Shown one piece after another: positions 15,454 to 22,555 of a DNA stretch of 22,555 bases. Each line of letters starts with the position of its first letter. The first letter of the stretch is position 1. The notes below the pieces were generated by a model. The model saw only the letters and a list, made by a program, of their open reading frames with translations. It did not search any database and was not told the DNA's origin. A program made the position numbers and the translations under genes. The DNA comes from Candidatus Latescibacterota bacterium (GTDB lineage Bacteria > Latescibacterota > UBA2968): positions 52,161-74,715 of the forward strand of contig JAYODI010000007.1 of the NCBI GenBank assembly GCA_038279365.1, written 5' to 3'.

Positions 15454-16917
15454 TTATGCATTCTTTAATGCATTCACTGCTTCAATCAGTCGTTTGTCAG
15501 CTTTGCATCGCATATCTAAAAGCACATCCATATCTTTCAATGATTGTGGACTTGCTTGCAAACGACACACCTCAACACGATCTGCCAAAGCCCCCATCAC
15601 CACATCCAATAACATAATATCGGCCACATCATCCGCAACCATACACTCATCGGCCAACACACGACGAATCGCTTTCAGAGGTTCTTTGAGTGCATCAATA
15701 TCTTGTATAGACTCGCCATGCCCATCCACCAAACCCGGCGATAAGCGCGCCAAAATACCGTCATTCAAAAATTCACGGGTTTTTTCTTCTGTCCAAGAAG
15801 TGGCCAACAATTCCATCAATGAAGATGATGGCTCAACAGCGGGTCGCGCTTCGCGCTCTTGCCCACGATGGTCTTCATGGCGATGACGTTGCTCTTCATG
15901 ACGTCCTCGGTTTTCATCTTGACGGTTCTGTGGTTCACCACCGCCTTGACGCTCGCTGTTGTCATTTCGGTTGCGAACCTCATCATTTCGCCCACGCCCA
16001 CGACGCCCACGATTGCGTCCACCTCTATTGTTATTACGCCCCCTGCGATTGTCTTGTTCGATTTGGTCTCTTCGGGCTTCTGTTCCAGGGTTTTCCGGCA
16101 ACACATCCGTTGGTGGCGATGTCTCTGGCACACTGACTGTTTGCTTTTCTACTGTTCCTTGCACAGTCCCTTCAGGCACATCTGCCACATTTGGCTTTTC
16201 TTGAGGTTTCTCTTCTGGCTTTTCTTGGGGTTTCTCCTCTGGCTTTTCCTGTACAACTTGAGGAGCTTGGTAATTTTCGGGTGCCGATTGAGATACAGGT
16301 TCTGGAGCAGGTTGGGATGCAGGTTCCAAAACCTTTGCCACCGGAACAGGTGGTTTGGATTCGACAGATTCTATGGGGCGCACTTTGGGGCGCGATGCAT
16401 CTCCCAAGCTTTTCTCTTCCCAACCAATAGGACCGCTTTTTTTTGCCTTACGCCCCCATTGCATACTCGAACTTGTATCACTCGATTCTGCACTTACTTG
16501 TTCTTTACCAACAGCATCCCCTGTCTGGTTTTCACTTACACGTTCATCTTTCAACTCTTGTTGTGCGATCATCTCTTTTTTAGGTTCTTCCTGTAACACC
16601 CCTTCTGATTGAGCCGATGTGTCTTGTGACATCGGCCTTTTGTCTGGGCGCCGTGAAATAACGATGCGACCATCATCTTCACCAGAAGCCTCAGATTGGG
16701 TTGGGTTCTTTTCACTTTTTTTACTTACGCGCTTCTTTGCAGGCCGACGGGATGTCTTTTGGTCATCACCATCTTTCTTGGTTGCACGTGTTTTTTTCAC
16801 GGGCTTCTTAGTCGCTTTTTTTGTCGAACGCTTTTTTACAGGACGCCGCGTAGAAGATTTTTTCTCCGTATCCTCAGCCGTCGTGTCCTTTTGGGCATCC
16901 ATTTCGGATTCCGCCAT
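15454..16917 (-). CDS. Hypothetical protein, largely intrinsically disordered, with a C-terminal helical domain
   Basis: 487-aa ORF with RBS GAAGGGAAG. K/R-rich N-terminus, P/E/Q-rich middle, RG/RN-rich block, and roughly 120 ordered-looking C-terminal residues. Confidence 0.8.
   Translation of the reverse strand: MAESEMDAQKDTTAEDTEKKSSTRRPVKKRSTKKATKKPVKKTRATKKDGDDQKTSRRPAKKRVSKKSEKNPTQSEASGEDDGRIVISRRPDKRPMSQDTSAQSEGVLQEEPKKEMIAQQELKDERVSENQTGDAVGKEQVSAESSDTSSSMQWGRKAKKSGPIGWEEKSLGDASRPKVRPIESVESKPPVPVAKVLEPASQPAPEPVSQSAPENYQAPQVVQEKPEEKPQEKPEEKPQEKPNVADVPEGTVQGTVEKQTVSVPETSPPTDVLPENPGTEARRDQIEQDNRRGRNNNRGGRNRGRRGRGRNDEVRNRNDNSERQGGGEPQNRQDENRGRHEEQRHRHEDHRGQEREARPAVEPSSSLMELLATSWTEEKTREFLNDGILARLSPGLVDGHGESIQDIDALKEPLKAIRRVLADECMVADDVADIMLLDVVMGALADRVEVCRLQASPQSLKDMDVLLDMRCKADKRLIEAVNALKNA
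16192..16249 (-). repeat. In-frame 24-bp (2 x 12-bp) tandem repeat encoding EKPEEKPQ units
   Basis: Protein EKPEEKPQEKPEEKPQEKP; tggcttttc recurs every 24 nt. Confidence 0.8.
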
Positions 16918-17003
16918 AACTTCCCTTCCACACAGAATTAAAATTCACAGATTTGTCTGACTCATTCCAGATTTAAAATTGCATCTGCACAGTATAACAT
17001 CAT

Positions 17004-17032
17004 AATATAGACAAAACACGCAAGAATTTCAA
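17004..17032 (-). promoter_or_regulatory. Candidate promoter of the disordered-protein gene
   Basis: TTGAAA-17 nt-TATATT. An extended -10 TGTTATACT lies just downstream as an alternative. Confidence 0.4.
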
Positions 17033-17047
17033 CTCTGTGACACCAAT

Positions 17048-17077
17048 AAAAAAAGGCCGACCAATGGCCGGCCTTTT
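17048..17077 (-). terminator. Intrinsic terminator of groESL
   Basis: Minus strand AAAAGGCCGGCC-ATT-GGTCGGCCTTTTTTT. Confidence 0.85.
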
Positions 17078-17094
17078 AGATTGTCTACACCATC

Positions 17095-18723
17095 TTAGTG
17101 CGCATGCCCATGATGATGGCCATGAGCATGATCGTCTTTTTCTTGTGGCTTCTCAGTTATCAATGCTTCAGTAGTAAGCATCAAGCCAGAAATTGATGAA
17201 GCATTCTCAATTGCAGCACGTACAACTTTGGTCGGATCCGTCACGCCAGCTTTGACCATATCTTCATATGTTTCTGTACGGGCATTATAACCATAAGCGC
17301 CTTTGCCTTCACGCACTTTTTGCACCACCAAGCTGCCTTCTTCACCGGCATTTGTTGCGATTTGGCGCATGGGAGCTTCCAAAGCCCGACGTACAATATC
17401 CACACCCGTCTTTTGGTCACCCTTCACTTGGCTACGTACTTTGTCCAAAGAATCAATGCAACGCACCAAAGCCACACCACCACCAGGTACAATGCCTTCT
17501 TCAACAGCAGCACGAACGGCATGAAGAGCATCTTCTACACGGGCTTTCTTTTCTTTCATTTCGGTTTCTGTAGCCGCACCCACATTGATCACGGCCACAC
17601 CACCCGCCAATTTGGCCAACCGCTCTTGTAATTTTTCACGGTCATAATCGGATGTGGTTTCGTCAATTTGACGACGAATTTGTCCCACACGCCCTTGAAT
17701 ATCCGCACTTGAACCGGCACCTTCTACAACCGTGGTATTGTCTTTGTCAATAACAACACGCTTGGCTTTGCCCAAATCGGAAATTTCAACACCTTCAAGT
17801 TTAATACCCAAATCTTCGGTAATGACACGGCCACCGGTCAAAACAGCCAAATCTTCTAACATTTCTTTACGGCGATCGCCATATCCTGGGGCCTTAACCG
17901 CACAGGCAGACAAGGTGCCACGCACCTTATTGACCACAAAGGTTGCCAAGGCTTCGCCTTCGACATCTTCAGCGATAACCAACAATGGCTTACCCGTTTT
18001 TGCCACTTTTTCCAAAAGGGGCAACATGTCTTTCATACTTGACAACTTCTTTTCATTGATCAAGATCAATGGATTTTCCAAAACCACTTCCATATTTTCT
18101 TGGTCGGTCACAAAGTATGGAGACAAATAACCACGATCAAACTGCATACCTTCCACAACTTCCAAGGTCGTTTCGATGCTCTTGGCCTCTTCTACTGTAA
18201 TGGTGCCATCTTTGCCCACTTTGTCCATGGCGTCGGCAATTATGTCACCAATACTGCTATCTCCATTAGCCGACACGGTGCCCACTTGGGCAATCGACTT
18301 GCGATCTTTAACAGGTTGGCTTTGGTTGCCCAGTTCTTTAACAACAGCTTCAACAGCAGCATCAATACCGCGCTTCAAATCCATAGGATTTGCACCTGCC
18401 GTCACATTCTTCAAACCTTCACGAAAAATGGCTTCGGCCAAAACTGTTGCTGTTGTGGTACCATCACCTGCAACATCAGAAGTCTTAGATGATACTTCTT
18501 TAACCATTTGGGCACCCATATTTTCATATGGATCTTGCAATTCTATTTCTTTTGCAACACTCACACCGTCTTTTGTCACGGTAGGAGAACCCCAAGATTT
18601 GGCCAATACCACATTCCGCCCAGCTGGACCCAATGTGGCCTTTACGGCCTTACTCAGCAATGTAACCCCATCCAAAATACGTTCACGCGCTTCAATTCCA
18701 TAGGAAATCTGTTTGGCTGCCAC
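17095..18723 (-). CDS. groL: Chaperonin GroEL with a His-rich C-terminal tail
   Basis: [51 protein letters not shown] start after GGAGG. Confidence 0.98.
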   Translation of the reverse strand: MAAKQISYGIEARERILDGVTLLSKAVKATLGPAGRNVVLAKSWGSPTVTKDGVSVAKEIELQDPYENMGAQMVKEVSSKTSDVAGDGTTTATVLAEAIFREGLKNVTAGANPMDLKRGIDAAVEAVVKELGNQSQPVKDRKSIAQVGTVSANGDSSIGDIIADAMDKVGKDGTITVEEAKSIETTLEVVEGMQFDRGYLSPYFVTDQENMEVVLENPLILINEKKLSSMKDMLPLLEKVAKTGKPLLVIAEDVEGEALATFVVNKVRGTLSACAVKAPGYGDRRKEMLEDLAVLTGGRVITEDLGIKLEGVEISDLGKAKRVVIDKDNTTVVEGAGSSADIQGRVGQIRRQIDETTSDYDREKLQERLAKLAGGVAVINVGAATETEMKEKKARVEDALHAVRAAVEEGIVPGGGVALVRCIDSLDKVRSQVKGDQKTGVDIVRRALEAPMRQIATNAGEEGSLVVQKVREGKGAYGYNARTETYEDMVKAGVTDPTKVVRAAIENASSISGLMLTTEALITEKPQEKDDHAHGHHHGHAH

Positions 18724-18757
18724 TTTTATCCTCCTTCACAATACTGTTCAAAATTGC

Positions 18758-19045
18758 TTATTGAATAATGGCTAAAACATCGTCTTCACTCAAAATGACA
18801 TATTCTACGCCATCAACTTCAATGTCTGTGCCAGCGTATTTACCAATTAAAATCTTTTCACCCGTTTTCACTTCGGGAGCCACCACATCCCCATTTTTGT
18901 TGCGTTTTCCAGGTCCAACAGACACCACAACTGCTTCTTGTGGTGTTTCTTTGGCTGTATCGGGAATGATAATACCACCTTTTACTTGTTCAGCTTCATC
19001 GACTCGCTTCACCATGATGCGATCAGACAAGGGACGCACCTTCAT
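18758..19045 (-). CDS. groS: Co-chaperonin GroES
   Basis: PLSDRI, GGIIIPDTAKE.P, VGPG, KYAGT. RBS AGGAGG. Confidence 0.98.
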   Translation of the reverse strand: MKVRPLSDRIMVKRVDEAEQVKGGIIIPDTAKETPQEAVVVSVGPGKRNKNGDVVAPEVKTGEKILIGKYAGTDIEVDGVEYVILSEDDVLAIIQ

Positions 19046-19093
19046 GTGAAACCCTCCTTATTTGATTGTTTTTTAATGGCTTGATTCCACATA

Positions 19094-19120
19094 TTAGCAC
19101 TCGATCTTGTTGAGTGCTAA
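19094..19120. promoter_or_regulatory. CIRCE element (HrcA operator)
   Basis: Perfect TTAGCACTC-N9-GAGTGCTAA upstream of groES. Confidence 0.97.
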
Positions 19121-19132
19121 TTCACAGAGAGA

Positions 19133-19161
19133 AATATACAAGCTCTGTTATATTCATGCAA
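19133..19161 (-). promoter_or_regulatory. sigma70-type promoter of groESL
   Basis: TTGCAT-17 nt-TATATT immediately upstream of CIRCE. Confidence 0.75.
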
Positions 19162-19165
19162 GTGC

Positions 19166-19206
19166 AAAAAAAGCAAAGAACCCATTGGGCGATTCTTTGC
19201 TTTTTG
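19166..19206 (-). terminator. Intrinsic terminator after secA-rhodanese
   Basis: aaaaaagcaaagaa...ttctttgctttttt inverted repeat with tracts on both sides. Confidence 0.75.
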
Positions 19207-19217
19207 TATTTTAAAAC

Positions 19218-19688
19218 TTATGCTTGTGCCAATTTTCGCTTTTTCTCTGCCAAAAGCTTTTCTAAGTGCTCAATCTGACCTGCCAACAGCTTGGGGTCTT
19301 CGGGTGCACCATCATCTTCGGGAAGTGGTGGTATTTCGGCTGGCAAATGTGCATCCTCCCAATCACCATACCCCCCTTCCATAGAAATCACCTGATTATA
19401 GCCCAAATTCAACAAGGTCTCACCCGCCAGCAAAGAACGTACGCCCCCTGCACAAATGACAATCACTTCCTGAGACTTGTCTGCCACTTCGGTTTCAACG
19501 CGCGTTTCCAACTCTCCTCGAGGAATATGCACAGCACCTTCCAAATGCCCACGCTCCCATTCATCTAACCCTCTGACATCCAACAGCACAGGCCGATTTC
19601 CAGCTTGTAAATACGCATAAACTTCCTGCACGGTCATCTCTTTAATTTTTTGCCGAGCCTCATTCAACAAATCTTCACGCGACTTCAT
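19218..19688 (-). CDS. Rhodanese-domain sulfurtransferase
   Basis: LLDVR, GHLEGAVHIPRG, active-site loop CAGGVRS, MEGGY..W. Resembles the rhodanese domain of MoeZ-type proteins, with a short coiled-coil tail. Confidence 0.9.
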   Translation of the reverse strand: MKSREDLLNEARQKIKEMTVQEVYAYLQAGNRPVLLDVRGLDEWERGHLEGAVHIPRGELETRVETEVADKSQEVIVICAGGVRSLLAGETLLNLGYNQVISMEGGYGDWEDAHLPAEIPPLPEDDGAPEDPKLLAGQIEHLEKLLAEKKRKLAQA

Positions 19689-19736
19689 AAATAAAACCTC
19701 TCATGGCTTATGATTCTCATGTTCATTTTAATTCTA

Positions 19737-22555
19737 TCACCCACGACCATGACACTGCTTATACTTTTTGCCGCTGCCACATGGACAAGGCTCATTGCGC
19801 CCAACCTTATTTTCGTTTCGAATAGGTTGCTTTTTAGGAGGGGCACCCTCAGCAGAATTGGTCGCCAATTCATCTGGTGCCACAGCCGCAGGCTCTGGCA
19901 TACCCGCAAATCCCATACCGGTTGCATCTTCGTGAACCAAAGACAAACGTTGAGTTTGCCGCAACCGAGGTTGAGGGGGGCGCTCTTCAATAGAGATGCG
20001 AAACAACAAACGCAACGCCTCCCGATTGATGTCTTCTAAAAGCGCCACAAACATAGTATAACCTTCGCGTTTGTACTCAATAAGTGGGTTTTTTTGGCCA
20101 TAACTGCGCAATCCAATACCTTCTTTGAGGTCGTCCATTTCACGCAGATGTTCTTTCCACTTTTCATCAAACACGCTCAAATAAATCATCCGTTCAACCT
20201 GACGCATATTTTCAGCACCCAACAATTGCTCGCGTCGGTCATATGTCTCACGTATGCCCTCCAAAATGCGATCTCTTAACCCTTCTTGGCGCAATTTGGG
20301 CAAATCGTCGTCTGTAATGGCAGGAGCTTGCAAGAATAGATTGCGCAATTCGGCCATTAACCCATCAAAGTTCCAATCTTCTGGATGTGCATCAGGTGGC
20401 ACATGGGTGGCCAAAACATCATCAACCGTATCATTGATCATGTCACTAATGAGAGACGAAATATCTTCTTCTTCTAAAGCATGACGACGGCGGTCATAAA
20501 TGACTTCGCGCTGTTGATTCATCACATCGTCATATTCCAACACCTGGCGACGAAATTCAAAGTTACGCGCCTCTACCCGTTGCTGGGCTTTGCCAATAGA
20601 CCGCGTCACCCACGGATGCTCAATAACTTCGCCTTCTTCGGCCCCCAACCGATCCATCACCCGCGCAATGCGATCAGACTGGAACAAACGCATCAAATCA
20701 TCTTCAAGCGAAATAAAAAACCGCGAACTGCCAGGGTCACCCTGTCGCCCAGCACGCCCCCGCAGTTGGCGGTCGATTCGCCGTGACTCGTGCCGTTCAG
20801 TACCAATAATTTGCAAACCACAGGGCACAGCTTCTCGGCACTTATATTCATCAACATAAGGACAAAGGGGCTTGCCATTATTTGAGCTGATTAAGGCACA
20901 CTGATGTCCTTCTGGCGCTTTAATCACACCTTTGCCCAACTTGATATCAGTTCCTCGCCCGGCCATATTGGTTGCAATGGTCACCGCACCAGGTTGTCCT
21001 GCCAAAGACACGATTTGGGCTTCTTGCTCATTTTGACGCGCATTCAACACTTGGTGTTTGATGCCTTTGCGCGTTAACATACGCGACAACAATTCTGAGG
21101 TTTCAACCGTAACGGTACCCACCAAAACAGGCAAATTTTGCTCGTGCAACTCAGCCACTTCATTGACGATTGCTGTATATTTTTCTCGTTTGCTGCGATA
21201 AATCCAGTCATTGCCATCCACACGACGAATGGGCTCATTGGTCGGTATGACCACCACATCCAAACCATAAATTTCCAAAAATTCCGATGCTTCTGTTTCG
21301 GCTGTGCCCGTCATACCTGCCAGCCGGTCATACAACCGAAAATAGTTTTGCAATGTTACCGTTGCCACAGTTTGGGTATCGCGTTCAACTTTTACGCGTT
21401 CTTTTGCTTCTAAGGCTTGGTGCAGTCCGTTTGAAAAACGCCGCCCAGGCTGTGGACGCCCAGTAAACTCATCTACAATGACCACTTTGCCATCCACAAC
21501 CATATACCGCACATCTTTTTCATATAATGTATACGCACTCAAAAGTTGTTGTACGCTGTGAATGCGTTCGCTTTTTTGTGCATAATCTTGATATGCCGCA
21601 TCTTGTTTGCGCAATTTTTCTTCATCAGACAATGAGCCATCAGCCTCTATTGCTTGCAACGTCTCATCCAAATCGGGCAACACAAAATCATTGGGCTCAT
21701 TACTAATCGCTTCTCGGCCTTTTTCGGTAAGGTCATTGATATGGCTCTTTTCATCAATGCTAAAATACAAATCGTCATCCAACTCTTGCACACGCTTGTC
21801 ACGAATATAATCGGCCTCAACCCGATTGATCAAACGCTTGACCCCTTCTTGCTGAAGCAACTTCATCAAGCGCCCATTTTTCGGCATGCCACGTTGTACT
21901 TGAAGCAACCAAATCCCCGCCTGATATTCATCTCCTGTTTCCAACTCTTCTTCAGCACGCTTTAAAATCTCATTGACAACTTTTGTTTGCGCCCGCACCA
22001 ACTTTTCAACATGGGGGCGCATTTCTTCATATCTGTGCGATGTGGTTTCTTGCACGGGGCCAGAGATAATCAAAGGCGTACGCGCTTCATCAATTAAGAT
22101 GCTGTCTACTTCATCTACAATGGCAAAGTTGTGTTCCCTTTGCATCAGATCTTCTGGGCGCACAGACATATTGTCATAAAGATAGTCAAATCCAAATTGA
22201 TCTTTGGTGCCATAAACAATATCCGTTGCATAGGCATCTTTGTGCTCACATTCACGCATGCGATATCCACCCTGGCCATCCCCTTCCATCACATAGGCCT
22301 CAGCACCCAATGCACGGTCTTGAATGATACCAACCGTTAAACCCAAATAGATAAACACGGGCCCCAACCACATTGCATCACGCTTGGCCAAAAAGGAATT
22401 GACCGTAACCAAATGCACACCACGCCCTGTAATACCATTTAAATAAAGGGCCAAACCTGCCACCAATGTTTTCCCTTCACCGGTTGCCATTTCTGCAATT
22501 TTCCCCTGATGCAGCACGGTGGCACCTATCAATTGCACATCAAACGGGATCATGT
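19737..22555 (-). CDS. secA: Preprotein translocase ATPase SecA, 5'-truncated by window edge
   Basis: MATGEGKT, DEVDSILIDEARTPLIISG, GMTGTA, ATNMAGRGTDI, HESRRIDRQLRGRAGRQGDPG, C-terminal SEC-C motif CPCGSGKKYKQCHG. Confidence 0.98.
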   Translation of the reverse strand, partial: MIPFDVQLIGATVLHQGKIAEMATGEGKTLVAGLALYLNGITGRGVHLVTVNSFLAKRDAMWLGPVFIYLGLTVGIIQDRALGAEAYVMEGDGQGGYRMRECEHKDAYATDIVYGTKDQFGFDYLYDNMSVRPEDLMQREHNFAIVDEVDSILIDEARTPLIISGPVQETTSHRYEEMRPHVEKLVRAQTKVVNEILKRAEEELETGDEYQAGIWLLQVQRGMPKNGRLMKLLQQEGVKRLINRVEADYIRDKRVQELDDDLYFSIDEKSHINDLTEKGREAISNEPNDFVLPDLDETLQAIEADGSLSDEEKLRKQDAAYQDYAQKSERIHSVQQLLSAYTLYEKDVRYMVVDGKVVIVDEFTGRPQPGRRFSNGLHQALEAKERVKVERDTQTVATVTLQNYFRLYDRLAGMTGTAETEASEFLEIYGLDVVVIPTNEPIRRVDGNDWIYRSKREKYTAIVNEVAELHEQNLPVLVGTVTVETSELLSRMLTRKGIKHQVLNARQNEQEAQIVSLAGQPGAVTIATNMAGRGTDIKLGKGVIKAPEGHQCALISSNNGKPLCPYVDEYKCREAVPCGLQIIGTERHESRRIDRQLRGRAGRQGDPGSSRFFISLEDDLMRLFQSDRIARVMDRLGAEEGEVIEHPWVTRSIGKAQQRVEARNFEFRRQVLEYDDVMNQQREVIYDRRRHALEEEDISSLISDMINDTVDDVLATHVPPDAHPEDWNFDGLMAELRNLFLQAPAITDDDLPKLRQEGLRDRILEGIRETYDRREQLLGAENMRQVERMIYLSVFDEKWKEHLREMDDLKEGIGLRSYGQKNPLIEYKREGYTMFVALLEDINREALRLLFRISIEERPPQPRLRQTQRLSLVHEDATGMGFAGMPEPAAVAPDELATNSAEGAPPKKQPIRNENKVGRNEPCPCGSGKKYKQCHGRG

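Noticed and set aside
15859-16596. 245-aa hydrophobic plus-strand ORF
   Set aside because: Its hydrophobicity is the antisense consequence of the K/E/R-rich disordered gene.
22551-22553. ATG at 22553 as the secA start
   Set aside because: M..FDVQL is an internal SecA motif, so the true start lies outside the window.
1-22555. CRISPR arrays, tRNA/rRNA genes, transposases, integrases or defence genes
   Set aside because: No regularly spaced repeats, cloverleaf motifs or such protein motifs were seen.

Overview
Core chromosomal region of a diderm bacterium. The long SecA with a helical insertion, TorF-like porin, PhyH-family gene and CIRCE-regulated groESL suggest an FCB-group lineage such as Ca. 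Latescibacterota (inference). Left to right: a minus-strand putative catabolic operon (divergent Ldh_2-family oxidoreductase > GHL10-like TIM-barrel protein > PhyH-family dioxygenase that is cut by the window edge and absent from the ORF track); a tail-anchored hypothetical protein; an enolase-superfamily enzyme; udk; an amtB-glnK-TorF-like porin operon with a candidate operator and structured intergenic and 3' RNA elements whose loops are complementary; an ECF sigma / degenerate ZAS anti-sigma / triad-less HtrA-PDZ operon with a candidate autoregulatory promoter; acs; stand-alone queC; a large intrinsically disordered K-rich and RG-rich protein; CIRCE-groES-groEL with a His-rich GroEL tail; a rhodanese; and a 5'-truncated secA with a four-cysteine insert. 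No rRNA, tRNA, CRISPR array or mobile element was recognised. The best leads are the ECF module with an apparent pseudoprotease, the complementary RNA elements flanking the porin gene, and the disordered scaffold-like protein. All calls come from reading motifs by eye; no database searches were run.
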